Position numbers and translations under genes: made by a program. The notes below the pieces were generated by a model. The model saw only the letters and a list, made by a program, of their open reading frames with translations, searched no databases and was not told where the DNA came from. From NCBI GenBank assembly GCA_041396965.1, contig JAWKXN010000001.1, positions 1,961,679-2,025,678 of the forward strand: a stretch of DNA of 64,000 nt, in the 5' to 3' direction. The DNA is from Rickettsiales bacterium (lineage in GTDB: Bacteria; Pseudomonadota; Alphaproteobacteria; Rickettsiales; SXRF01). Every line of letters begins with the position of its first letter. Position 1 is the stretch's first letter. Of this stretch, positions 1-10,015 are shown piece after piece.

Positions 1-1
1 A

Positions 2-724
2 TGGGGACATGTTTATCACAGTTATGCCGCTAGAGGGAGTTATTATGAAACGAATAAGAATAAAGATAAAAAACGAACAACAATTGTTGAGCAAGGAGAG
101 CTTACTCCTAACAAACTGCTGCATTTAGATGAGCTACACGCTGACAGATTCGCTGAGCCGATAGACAAAATTGCAAGCAGCTTACAGGCTGTTATTAGTG
201 ACCTTAAAAAATATAATTACGATGATAAAAACATTCCCCACCCCAATCACCGCAAGCGCATAAAACAATTATTAGAAAAGGCTCTATCCAACGAAATCTT
301 CGGGATGAACGGGGAGTTCATAGAAAAAAATGGGAATTACAGTTTTATCCCCGATAGTCTTGGTCATTCTCCTAAAATTATAAAAAATACGGTACGTAAA
401 AATATCGGTGAAGGGAAAATACATCCCGATCCTTATGGTGGGTTTCCAGTAAGTGAAGATGGCAGGCTGGTAAAAAACGGTTATCCACTCAGAGTCTCCA
501 CCGAAAAGAAGGCGGAAGAGTTGATGCAAAAGCTGGATACGATGGTTGAATCCGGTCTTGACCTTGAAAAGAAAAAAGAGTGGCTGGGTTTGATTAAACG
601 CGAGATAAAAGACTTCAAGGAAAAAAACGAGCCCGAATTTGTGGATAAAAAGGACATTCCAACACGCAAATGGATGAACAGAATGAATAGTATGAAACCA
701 CTCAACCTACAACGTGGCGGCTGA
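2..724 (+). CDS. Hypothetical Lys/Glu-rich protein, 3' part only; the reading frame is open from the left window edge
   Basis: The frame containing the 305..724 ORF has no stop codon back to position 2, so the gene starts upstream of the window. No recognisable motif. Confidence 0.5.
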   Translation, partial: WGHVYHSYAARGSYYETNKNKDKKRTTIVEQGELTPNKLLHLDELHADRFAEPIDKIASSLQAVISDLKKYNYDDKNIPHPNHRKRIKQLLEKALSNEIFGMNGEFIEKNGNYSFIPDSLGHSPKIIKNTVRKNIGEGKIHPDPYGGFPVSEDGRLVKNGYPLRVSTEKKAEELMQKLDTMVESGLDLEKKKEWLGLIKREIKDFKEKNEPEFVDKKDIPTRKWMNRMNSMKPLNLQRGG

Positions 725-735
725 CACACTGTGTC

Positions 736-827
736 ATGCCGTCTTTATGACGGCATCCGGTTGTGAAAAGCAGAGCTTTTCACTGGATTGTCCTGCAATC
801 CACCAGACCCCGCAATAAATGCGGGGT
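736..827. terminator. Cluster of four contiguous perfect stem-loops in a convergent intergenic spacer; possibly a bidirectional terminator or structured RNA
   Basis: Stems: 736-743/749-756 (atgccgtc/gacggcat), 763-771/775-783 (gtgaaaagc/gcttttcac), 784-790/796-802 (tggattg/caatcca), 807-814/820-827 (accccgca/tgcggggt). Confidence 0.4.
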
Positions 828-877
828 GACATTGTATCTAAATGCGATTGCCACAGTCAACTACTAACCCTATCATA

Positions 878-1198
878 TCACTCATAACGAACGACTTCAC
901 CCGCTACCCAATCCATAAATTCTGGCAAACCAGTATCAGCATTAAATGACAGCACACATGGAAGGTCATAACCATGTAGCTCCTTAACTCTCCTCATAGA
1001 TTTTTCTACTTTTTCACTAGTAGTTTTCGCCAGCAATATCACTTCCTGTTGCCGCTCGGTTTTTCCTTTCCAACGGTAAATAGAGGTAGATCCTTCCAGT
1101 ATATTAGCGCAAGCGATAAGATTTTCCGCAAGCAACTTCTCAGCGACCATAACCGCGTCGCTCTTAGAGGCGAAAGTTACATATAACATACTAACCAT
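878..1198 (-). CDS. cutA: Divalent-cation tolerance protein CutA
   Basis: About 106 aa. CutA1-like sequence (AENLIACANI..., SIYRWKGK...E..LLAKT). Confidence 0.8.
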   Translation of the reverse strand: MVSMLYVTFASKSDAVMVAEKLLAENLIACANILEGSTSIYRWKGKTERQQEVILLAKTTSEKVEKSMRRVKELHGYDLPCVLSFNADTGLPEFMDWVAGEVVRYE

Positions 1199-1202
1199 AA
1201 CT

Positions 1203-2759
1203 CTATTTTCTCCTTATCGCTCCCAACAAAAATCGCTTACTTTGCGTCACACCAAATATAAATCCGGCTACGAAATAAACTACTACACCAGAAAGACAAA
1301 GTAGTATAAGTGATATAAACCTTATATACTGCTCTGCATCACTTACCATATAAGGCATGGCAAACGGCACGAGCAACCATAATACAACTCCCATAATAAG
1401 ACTTACCACGAATATTTTTATCATCTGTGATAACATTTGTTTCTCAACTAAAATCCAGCTTTTATTCCGCAAGCTACGCAAAAGAAGAATGACATTTACC
1501 CAACTGGCGATAGAAGTAGCAAGCGCCAGCCCAACATGCTGCAACGGAATCATCAGCAACAGATTAAAAAATATATTCACCCCAATACAAATGGTAGCGA
1601 TCTTAAATGGTGTTTTCGTATCCTCATTGGCGTAAAAAGCTGGAACCAATATCTTTACCAGAATAAACGCTGGAAGACCAAGAGCGAAAGCCATCAGCGC
1701 GTGAAAAGTACCAATAGTATCAGCCGCCTTAAATTCCCCACGTTCAAACATCACGCTGATTATTGGCTGAGCGAGAATAAACAACGCGACAGAAGAAGGA
1801 ATCGTAAGAAACATCGCCAGCTCAATAGAACGGTTATGGCTACTAAAACTCTCCGCACGTTTTCCCTCACTTATCTGCCGTGAAAGCAGCGGCAACAAGG
1901 CAGTGCCTACCGCCACCCCGATCATAGAAAGCGGTAAGCCACTTATTCTATCGGCGTAATATAGGTAAGAAACCCCACCATCAAACTGTGAGGCGATGAT
2001 TATATCCACGAACAGATTTATCTGCGCCACCCCTGCTCCCAGCGCCGCCGGCGCTATCAACACCAAAAGCCGCTTTACCTTCAAGGTAAAACGTGGGCGG
2101 ACAAATTTTGGCAACATATCCTGCCGCAAACAAAACCTTACCAACCATAAATATTGCAGCACTCCGGCAATCGTAACCGCTATGGCAAAAGCGTGGGCAA
2201 GAGTCGGTACTAAATCACCAATGACGTAAGGTATTATGATAAGACATAAATTAAGTATTATCGGAGTAGCGGCAGCGGCGGCGAACTTTCCGCCGCTATT
2301 TAGAATACCCGCAAGCAAAGATACCAACGAAATACAAATAATATAAGGCATGGTGATACGAGTTAGCGTCACCGTTAAATTAAACTTGTCCATATCATCA
2401 GAAAATCCGGGTGCGAGAACATACATCAGATAAGGCATGGCGATAATGAACACACCGGCAACAACCAGCAAAACCAGCAGAAGAAACGACATTGCCTCGC
2501 TCGCGAACTCTTTTGCTCTACTCTGTCCTTCCTTAACAAGAGTGCCAGAAAATAGTGGGACAAAAGCGGAATTAAAAGCTCCTTCCGCGAACAGCCGGCG
2601 CAGGAAATTCGGCAGCTTGAAAGCGACAAAAAAAGCGTCAGATAAAAACCCCGCCCCCAGACTAGAGGCTATGATTATGTCACGAACAAAACCCAGTATT
2701 CGTGAGAGCAAGGTGTAAAAACTAATGGTTATGGTGGATTTCAATATTGACATGGTCAA
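1203..2759 (-). CDS. murJ: Lipid II flippase MurJ (MviN)
   Basis: 518-aa polytopic protein. The N-terminus (TLLSRILGFVRDIIIASSLGAG..SDAFFVAFKLPNFLRRLFAEGAFNSAFVP) is typical of MurJ. Confidence 0.9.
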   Translation of the reverse strand: MTMSILKSTITISFYTLLSRILGFVRDIIIASSLGAGFLSDAFFVAFKLPNFLRRLFAEGAFNSAFVPLFSGTLVKEGQSRAKEFASEAMSFLLLVLLVVAGVFIIAMPYLMYVLAPGFSDDMDKFNLTVTLTRITMPYIICISLVSLLAGILNSGGKFAAAAATPIILNLCLIIIPYVIGDLVPTLAHAFAIAVTIAGVLQYLWLVRFCLRQDMLPKFVRPRFTLKVKRLLVLIAPAALGAGVAQINLFVDIIIASQFDGGVSYLYYADRISGLPLSMIGVAVGTALLPLLSRQISEGKRAESFSSHNRSIELAMFLTIPSSVALFILAQPIISVMFERGEFKAADTIGTFHALMAFALGLPAFILVKILVPAFYANEDTKTPFKIATICIGVNIFFNLLLMIPLQHVGLALATSIASWVNVILLLRSLRNKSWILVEKQMLSQMIKIFVVSLIMGVVLWLLVPFAMPYMVSDAEQYIRFISLILLCLSGVVVYFVAGFIFGVTQSKRFLLGAIRRK

Positions 2760-2793
2760 TATTTATCTCAATCACAAAAATAAATCCAACTGA

Positions 2794-3846
2794 TTATTTT
2801 CTCTCTTGAGAAGCGGCCTCTTTCTTAGCCTGCGACAAATTTCCAGTCCGTGATGATGGTTTGTTCATATCTTCTATGTGTTTTTTCCAGTCATTTACAT
2901 GGACATGTTCACCAACAAAACTTTCGGGTTTTTCTGTATCAGTGGAATGTAGTTTAGGGGTTACAATTGGTATTCCATCATAATAATCCTGAACTTCTGT
3001 GTCATTGTAGTAACTATGATCTATTCCCGCAGCGGAAATACTATTTTTAGCCCGATAGCCACCGATTAACTTAACGTTATCACCAGTGAAAATAATATCC
3101 TTACCGCTAGCCATATTTGCATAAGCATCTTTTACTACGATACTACCACCAGCCATCAATTTTGGAGGGAATATATCATCATGTTTAGGTGAGACAAAAT
3201 CAGCTTTTATATCACCAACAGCGTTAACCATACCACTCAACCTATGGGCATCAACGTTACTACCAGCAAATAAACTCACATCTGACTCTAAAACACTTAT
3301 GTCACCACCAGCCAATACAGCGTTATTACCCATGCTGGGGTTATTACCCACAAAACCAGCAGAAACATTACCCTTCGCATACAGACTATGCTCTAATTTA
3401 TTACTGTGATCATTCATCTCATTAATGGAAATATTCTTTCCACTAGCAAGAATGTCAGCTTCCGACGCGTCTAAAACTATATCATCACCTGCATAAACCG
3501 ATAAACCATAAGGAATGGAGTCAGCGTTTATTTTACCACGAGTGATAATACGATTAGCATTATTTGGAATATTTTTTGCCAAGAGATTATGCTTTTTAGC
3601 TTCCTCTGTATTTCCCCCCAGCTTGTTACTATCTTCCGCTGGAATTTCTGTAAGTTTACCCTTTAAGTCAGCGTAATAGAAATGTATGGAATTGTCACCT
3701 TCAGGAATAACAGACAACTTTATCTGAAGATCATTATAAAGAGAGCGTAATTTATCTTTTATATTCTCATAATTTTTTTTAAGATCTTTGTCTAGTTCCG
3801 CAAGCGCCGCCTGTTGTTTCTCTGACATTTTTATATTCCTGAACAT
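2794..3846 (-). CDS. Hypothetical protein with an N-terminal coiled coil and a degenerate (A/S)G(D/K/S)(I/N)-type repeat array, possibly a beta-helix
   Basis: Repeats read by eye: YAGDDIVL, ASGKNISI, AKGNVSA, LAGGDISV, FAGSNVDA, AVGDIKAD, MAGGSIVV, ASGKDIIF, TGDNVKL. No signal peptide is evident. Confidence 0.45.
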   Translation of the reverse strand: MFRNIKMSEKQQAALAELDKDLKKNYENIKDKLRSLYNDLQIKLSVIPEGDNSIHFYYADLKGKLTEIPAEDSNKLGGNTEEAKKHNLLAKNIPNNANRIITRGKINADSIPYGLSVYAGDDIVLDASEADILASGKNISINEMNDHSNKLEHSLYAKGNVSAGFVGNNPSMGNNAVLAGGDISVLESDVSLFAGSNVDAHRLSGMVNAVGDIKADFVSPKHDDIFPPKLMAGGSIVVKDAYANMASGKDIIFTGDNVKLIGGYRAKNSISAAGIDHSYYNDTEVQDYYDGIPIVTPKLHSTDTEKPESFVGEHVHVNDWKKHIEDMNKPSSRTGNLSQAKKEAASQERK

Positions 3847-3900
3847 TAATCAAAGAACAAAGGTAAACAATTTTTAATATCAAGGCAAACTATATCTTAA

Positions 3901-4608
3901 CTACTGAGCAAAAAACTTTTTACCAGTTTCAGCCACATCATCACCAGCGAGTTTTACAAAAACATTAGTAATTTCATCAGGGTGCGGCAATGTATCAGGA
4001 TCCTCACCGGGAAAAGCCGAAGCCCGCATCCGAGTGCGCACAGCTCCCGGATCAATAAAATTCGCTCTGAGACTAGTTTTAGCGTTCTCAGCGGCGTAAG
4101 TCTCCACCAACTTTTCCAGCCCCGCCTTACTCACCGCGTACGCCCCCCAATAAGCGTGCGCGCCATTGGTAACACCTGACGACACAAACATCGCCCTTGG
4201 CGCTGGTGAGGCTTTTAGCAAAGTATCAAAATGACGGATGAGATTGTAATTAGCGGTAAGATTAATCGCTATTACCTTCTCCCATTGTTTCATTTCAGTA
4301 TGAGCTACAGGAGTTAAATCCCCAAGAATCCCCGCGTTACCAACTAATATGTCCAACCTGCCAAAACGACCGGCGATAAGCCGTGTTAACATATCTAACT
4401 TCTCATTATCCAGTAGATCTATCTCAACAAGAGTTACTTTCCCACCAGTTTCCTTTACCTCATCATCAAGTTTCTCAAGACCCTCTTTGCTCCGCCCAAC
4501 CGCTATAACCTGCGCTCCCTCAGCGGCAAACCTTTTAGCGACCGCAAAACCAATCCCCCGCGTCGCGCCGGTTATCAAAGCTATTTTATTATCAAGCTTG
4601 CCAGACAT
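3901..4608 (-). CDS. Short-chain dehydrogenase/reductase (SDR) family oxidoreductase
   Basis: TGATRGIG cofactor motif and YxxxK (YAVSKAG). Directly downstream of purF. Confidence 0.85.
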   Translation of the reverse strand: MSGKLDNKIALITGATRGIGFAVAKRFAAEGAQVIAVGRSKEGLEKLDDEVKETGGKVTLVEIDLLDNEKLDMLTRLIAGRFGRLDILVGNAGILGDLTPVAHTEMKQWEKVIAINLTANYNLIRHFDTLLKASPAPRAMFVSSGVTNGAHAYWGAYAVSKAGLEKLVETYAAENAKTSLRANFIDPGAVRTRMRASAFPGEDPDTLPHPDEITNVFVKLAGDDVAETGKKFFAQ

Positions 4609-6053
4609 CAGCTATACGCCCTTTCTGAGAATAAATCATCCTGTAACCCACTATTTTCAGCGTCGGTAAGCGCTATTGGATAATTACCGGAAAAACAAGC
4701 GTCACAAAATTGAGGTTTTTCCGCGTCACGCTCAATTCCAGCAACCGCCCGATACATCCCGTCAATAGAGATAAAATCCAAACTGTCCACACCGATTAGT
4801 TTCCCCATATCCTCTATACTATGATTTGATGCCATTAATTGCTCACGTCTTGGCGTATCAACCCCATAAAAGCAGGAATGAGTAGTTGGCGGACTCGCTA
4901 TACGCATATGAATCTCCGCCGCTCCCGCCTCTCTTATCATAGTTACTATCTTTTTTGAGGTGGTGCCACGCACAATGCTATCATCAACCAATATCACTCG
5001 TTTTCCAGCGATAATCTCTTTATTAGCGTTATGTTTAAGCTTTACTCCCAAATGGCGGACATTGTCCGATGGCTCAATAAAAGTCCGCCCGACATAATGA
5101 TTACGGATTATCCCAAGCTCAAACGGTATGCCGGACTCCTTAGCATAACCAATGGCACCGGGTATACCAGAATCAGGCACAGGAACGACTACATCAGCTT
5201 TAACACTAGTTTCACGGGCTAACCACGCTCCAATACGCTGACGTGCCTCATAAACATTCCGTCCCTCACTAATTGAGTCAGGGCGAGAAAAATATACATA
5301 CTCAAAAATACAGAAACGCTGACGTGTGCTTGCGAATGGTTTTAGTGAACGAACACCACTGCCAGTTATAATTACCATCTCTCCAGCCTCAACATCCCGC
5401 TCATAAGTAGCACCGACAATATCAAGAGCGCAGGTTTCCGATGCCAGAATATAGGAATCACCGAGCCTGCCCATTACCAGTGGGCGAACTCCGTACGGGT
5501 CTCTTACCCCAATCAGCATATCATTACTCATCACCACCAACGAATAAGCCCCTTCCACTTTTGCAAGCGCGTCACAAAGCCTATCCTCAACACTCGTCTG
5601 TTTAGAAACAGCTATTAAATGGATAATTACCTCCGTATCAGAAGTTGACTGAAACAAAGAGCCTTCATTTATCAACTGACGGCGCAAAGTAAGAGCATTA
5701 GTAAGATTACCGTTATGAGAAACCGCAAGCCCACCAAAACTAAAATCACCGAATAACGGCTGTACATTACGCAGCAAAGTCTCACCAGTTGTTGAATAAC
5801 GATTATGTCCAACCGCCATGTAACCTTTCAATTTACCAATAATATCCGCCGAATTGAAATTATCACCAACCAGCCCTTGCGCGCGATGAGCATAAAAATG
5901 CTTACCATCATGCGAAACTATACCAGCGGCCTCTTGTCCCCTATGTTGCAAAGCATGCAACCCCAAAGCGGTAAGCGCCGAAGCGTCATCATGCCCAAAT
6001 ATCCCGAATACTCCGCATTCTTCATGTAGTTTATCATCGTCAAATGGTGTCAT
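4608..6053 (-). CDS. purF: Amidophosphoribosyltransferase
   Basis: N-terminal CGVFGI nucleophile, PRTase motif (VILVDDSIVRGTT), and C-terminal Cys ligands typical of Fe-S PurF. Confidence 0.95.
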   Translation of the reverse strand: MTPFDDDKLHEECGVFGIFGHDDASALTALGLHALQHRGQEAAGIVSHDGKHFYAHRAQGLVGDNFNSADIIGKLKGYMAVGHNRYSTTGETLLRNVQPLFGDFSFGGLAVSHNGNLTNALTLRRQLINEGSLFQSTSDTEVIIHLIAVSKQTSVEDRLCDALAKVEGAYSLVVMSNDMLIGVRDPYGVRPLVMGRLGDSYILASETCALDIVGATYERDVEAGEMVIITGSGVRSLKPFASTRQRFCIFEYVYFSRPDSISEGRNVYEARQRIGAWLARETSVKADVVVPVPDSGIPGAIGYAKESGIPFELGIIRNHYVGRTFIEPSDNVRHLGVKLKHNANKEIIAGKRVILVDDSIVRGTTSKKIVTMIREAGAAEIHMRIASPPTTHSCFYGVDTPRREQLMASNHSIEDMGKLIGVDSLDFISIDGMYRAVAGIERDAEKPQFCDACFSGNYPIALTDAENSGLQDDLFSERAYS

Positions 6054-6838
6054 CTCTGATTCACCTTAGTCGCAAAAAGTAGATAAATCATATCCACAAA
6101 GAAATAAACCCAGAGCGATACATTAATACCAACCAGTAGCAACGCCACGAATAACGAGCTAGCGGTCGCCGCCACCGCTGATAAACGAACAAAATCTTTG
6201 TAAGAAAGGTCAGTTTTCATAAATAGATTAATAACAAGACCGAGCAAACCATACACCAGCAAACTAACAATCCCAAACAAATAACTCCCTATAAACGCTA
6301 TAATCATCACCACTATCACGATAATCCAAAGATTATTTATAATGTCCAATACAAAACTCCGTAAATAACTTTGATTTATTATCTCATTAGTATTTTTCGG
6401 TATATTAAACAACCTCTTCTCAGTAGTCCTAGAACCCTTCTTTACCAATACCATATCTTTGCCAATGACAAAATATACATTATACTCATCCATACGCTCT
6501 GACCAGTCTGTAACCGGACGGTCAGTATCAATGATCCCAACAGCAACCCCTTTCTGATCTTTAATGTAATAAGGCATCGGAACGTCTGTAGATAAAACTC
6601 CGTTACTTATGGTCATTACCGGCGCTTGATTAATAAAAAACTCAAAATCAAACGGCTTCTTAAGATCAATAGCTGATGTATAGAATATAAGAACAACAGT
6701 CGCCAGTACACTGATGATCAATGTTAAAACAAACATATACAGAAAACCAAATCCCTGCCAATCTCTAGCCACCTCCCGATAAATATCACCGGAATAAAAA
6801 GCCTTAGGAATCGCTCTCAATATTGATGTATTCTGCAT
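6050..6838 (-). CDS. DUF1189-like membrane protein
   Basis: 262 aa with several TM segments. Sits between cvpA and purF and overlaps the purF start by 4 nt. Confidence 0.55.
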   Translation of the reverse strand: MQNTSILRAIPKAFYSGDIYREVARDWQGFGFLYMFVLTLIISVLATVVLIFYTSAIDLKKPFDFEFFINQAPVMTISNGVLSTDVPMPYYIKDQKGVAVGIIDTDRPVTDWSERMDEYNVYFVIGKDMVLVKKGSRTTEKRLFNIPKNTNEIINQSYLRSFVLDIINNLWIIVIVVMIIAFIGSYLFGIVSLLVYGLLGLVINLFMKTDLSYKDFVRLSAVAATASSLFVALLLVGINVSLWVYFFVDMIYLLFATKVNQR

Positions 6839-6857
6839 TTTCTCTCTTCAACTAACT

Positions 6858-7565
6858 TCATCTATTATTCATATTTTTTATAACATCATTAAAATTATCT
6901 TTCTGACTATTGCCAGCATCTTTCAATTTCTGATTAATATCCCCAACTGAGGGAATATCTATCGTCCTGTTATACTCATTATCTTTAATGGTATCCATGA
7001 CCTCATCATCAATCCTATCCAAACCAGACTGACGTACGTTATCCTCAGCCTTTTTACGCAAATTAGAAAGTTCTTTTAAGTAATCAGGAGCCGCCTTCGC
7101 CATAAGAAGAGTTACTTCCTCAACATAAGGCAAAGTCTTTGCCTGGGAGATCCACTGCGGACGGCTATTCTCAGGAATGGCAAGTGTAATCATAAAAAAA
7201 CCAATAGCGATAATAATAGCTCCTCTTACCGCGCCAAAAGCCATGCCCAGTAAATTATCAAGCATTCCTATCTCACCAGACTTAAGAATTTTTATTATAA
7301 TACGGTTAACTATAGCAAAACCAATAAGCGCGGAAAGATAAAGTACAATAGTAGCGCATACAGCGGCTATTTCCGGTCTAGTGAAGTAAGGTTTAAGCGA
7401 TTCAGCTACATCCTTGAAGAAATATACGGTAACAAACCATGCGCCAACCCAAGCGATTAATGATAGTATCTCTTTGACAAACCCACGAAAGAACGCAAGA
7501 CCAGCGGAAATAGCCATAATCGCTATTACCGCCATATCAAAATAATTCAATTGAGCATCCAGCAT
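6858..7565 (-). CDS. cvpA: CvpA family membrane protein (colicin V production protein)
   Basis: N-terminal four-TM CvpA-like region. Conserved cvpA-purF synteny. Confidence 0.75.
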   Translation of the reverse strand: MLDAQLNYFDMAVIAIMAISAGLAFFRGFVKEILSLIAWVGAWFVTVYFFKDVAESLKPYFTRPEIAAVCATIVLYLSALIGFAIVNRIIIKILKSGEIGMLDNLLGMAFGAVRGAIIIAIGFFMITLAIPENSRPQWISQAKTLPYVEEVTLLMAKAAPDYLKELSNLRKKAEDNVRQSGLDRIDDEVMDTIKDNEYNRTIDIPSVGDINQKLKDAGNSQKDNFNDVIKNMNNR

Positions 7566-7592
7566 AACACCCTCTCATTACTTTTATATATT

Positions 7593-8948
7593 TTACTTAC
7601 TACCAAAAAGCCTACTGGCTAATCCCTGCACTGTTTCTACAGTTTTTATCTTTATAGTCAAATCCTTAAATTTACCTTTTGGCGTGTAAGCCTGTTCAAA
7701 TCCTAGCTTCTCTGATTCTTTAAGCCGCTGCTCCGCGCGTGAAACCGCCCTAACCTCACCGGAAAGCCCAATTTCCCCAAACATAATCACTTTACCAGCA
7801 ATGGGAACGTCATAAAGGGCGGAGAGCAGAGCGGCGGCGGCGGCGAGATCAGCAGCCGGTTCGCTAATCCTTATACCACCAGCGACATTAAGATACACTT
7901 CCTTATCAGAAAATCTTATCCCACAACGTGTTTCAAGTACGGCAAGAATCATAGCAAGACGGTTAGAATCCCAGCCAACCACAGATCTACGTGGCGATGA
8001 CATATAAGAAGGCGATACAAGCGCTTGAATTTCCACAAGTAATGGTCTCGTCCCCTCTATCGCTGCGAATACACAAGCTCCACTTACTGGCGCTTCTCTA
8101 TCGGAAAGAAACAATGATGATGGATTTAACACTTCTTCAAGCCCAGTTTCGCGCATTTCAAAAACCCCGATCTCATCCGCCGCGCCGAAACGATTTTTCA
8201 CCGAGCGTAAGATACGGAATTGATGCCCACGTTCCCCTTCAAAATAAAGCACGGTATCTACCATATGCTCTAAAACACGTGGTCCCGCTATCTGCCCGTC
8301 CTTGGTGACATGACCAACCAAAAACAAAGCTATACCACGTTTTTTAGCCAACTTTATCAACTCATGGCTGGCGGCGCGCACTTGCGACACCGTACCCGGT
8401 GCCGCCTCTATATTGTCAATGAACATAGTTTGTACCGAGTCAATGATCAAAACATCGGGACAATCTTTATCTATAGTTGAGATTATATCACGCACTGAGG
8501 TTGCCGAAGCCATGAGTACCTTGCTGCTCTGCAACCCCAGTCTTTTTGCTCTAAGACTTACTTGTGAAACCGATTCCTCACCAGTTATATAAGCACAGGA
8601 AAGCCCAATTTCCGCTAAAGACACTACAGTTTGCAGCAATAAAGTTGACTTGCCAATTCCAGGATCTCCGCCAATAAGTATAGCACTCCCAGAAACCAGT
8701 CCACCACCAAGCACCCTATCAAGTTCCCCGATACCGGTACCAGCACGACTAGCGTCCGGCAGGTTAAAATCAAGCGGAACAAACTCTATTTTCCTCCCTT
8801 TACCTCCAGACGAAAGTCCTTTAGGAGTGACCTCCATGACCTGTTCGGAAATCGTGTTCCACTGCCCGCAATCACCGCACTTACCCGCCCATTTAGGATG
8901 AATCGCACCACATGACTGACAGACAAATTGTGAGGTAGATTTAGCCAT
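7593..8948 (-). CDS. radA: DNA repair protein RadA
   Basis: N-terminal Zn finger (CQSCG...CGDCGQWNT), Walker A (GGDPGIGKST), KNRFG motif and a Lon-like C-terminal domain. Confidence 0.95.
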   Translation of the reverse strand: MAKSTSQFVCQSCGAIHPKWAGKCGDCGQWNTISEQVMEVTPKGLSSGGKGRKIEFVPLDFNLPDASRAGTGIGELDRVLGGGLVSGSAILIGGDPGIGKSTLLLQTVVSLAEIGLSCAYITGEESVSQVSLRAKRLGLQSSKVLMASATSVRDIISTIDKDCPDVLIIDSVQTMFIDNIEAAPGTVSQVRAASHELIKLAKKRGIALFLVGHVTKDGQIAGPRVLEHMVDTVLYFEGERGHQFRILRSVKNRFGAADEIGVFEMRETGLEEVLNPSSLFLSDREAPVSGACVFAAIEGTRPLLVEIQALVSPSYMSSPRRSVVGWDSNRLAMILAVLETRCGIRFSDKEVYLNVAGGIRISEPAADLAAAAALLSALYDVPIAGKVIMFGEIGLSGEVRAVSRAEQRLKESEKLGFEQAYTPKGKFKDLTIKIKTVETVQGLASRLFGSK

Positions 8949-9116
8949 TATTTATTCTAAGTATACAAAAATTTTTATCAACAATACAAAACAGTACGCT
9001 AAAATAGCCTAAAGATCATTTATCTTGTATATAATAGCTAACCACTTTTATTTCCGAAAGGAATATATTATAAATAGCTATCATTTTGTAAAAACTTTAG
9101 AGAAAAATAATAAACA

Positions 9117-10007
9117 ATGAAAAGTTTCTTTAATTGGCCTTTAGACGGACAAATTGCGTTTATTGGAATTATCGTAGCAGTCCTGTGTTTCCTTCTCTCT
9201 GACTTAGCCAATCGCAACTCCGTCAATATAGAAGAAAAATCAGGTGATTTTTTTAGAATGCGCTATAAAAAATCTTCTTGGCTAATCATGGCTGGTTTAT
9301 TAATTTTTAGTACTATTATAACATATGGAGCTTCCAAAGCAGGATACTGTACCTTGATGAATATTGAGGAGAATACAAGAAACAAATTAGTCGCTGTGTT
9401 CTTGACAATCTTAATATGGATTGGGACGATAATGTATTGTTATCATAGCTTCTTTGTTAAGCTTTTATTTAATGAAGAATCTATAATTAAGAACACTCCT
9501 CTATCACGTAAGATTTTTCTATGGGAAGACTTATCAAACATGGAAGTGAACTGGAGAGGATTCTATTTTGATTTCAAAAACAATGAAAGACTCTATATCC
9601 CAAGCGATACTAGCGGTCTTGAGCAATTTTATAATATTCTAAGCTCTAAAACCCAGCGTATCAATAAACCACTTACCCCAAGATATTACCCTGAGGAAAC
9701 AATAAACGATTTTTTAGATAAAAAAATAATCGTATTTATATTTCGCTTAAATGAAATGTGTTTGCTAGAATTTATAAGAAGCGAAATAGGAATAATTAAA
9801 AATATTGGTCAGGAAACAATATCTATCCTGCTAGAAAGTGGAGAAACCATGTCCGCCAATGCAAGCTCTCAAAGCATTGCTGTTTTTCAAGATGAACTTG
9901 ATATAGACGACGACCTTTTAGATGACTTAGAATGTCATGACATTCTAACTAAATTAGTAAAATCAGGTAACAATCCTGATATAATCGCAACATATTATAT
10001 TGATTGA
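9117..10007 (+). CDS. Hypothetical membrane protein with an acidic C-terminal tail
   Basis: Three or four N-terminal hydrophobic segments. No recognisable motif. Confidence 0.45.
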   Translation: MKSFFNWPLDGQIAFIGIIVAVLCFLLSDLANRNSVNIEEKSGDFFRMRYKKSSWLIMAGLLIFSTIITYGASKAGYCTLMNIEENTRNKLVAVFLTILIWIGTIMYCYHSFFVKLLFNEESIIKNTPLSRKIFLWEDLSNMEVNWRGFYFDFKNNERLYIPSDTSGLEQFYNILSSKTQRINKPLTPRYYPEETINDFLDKKIIVFIFRLNEMCLLEFIRSEIGIIKNIGQETISILLESGETMSANASSQSIAVFQDELDIDDDLLDDLECHDILTKLVKSGNNPDIIATYYID

Positions 10008-10015
10008 AAATTATT

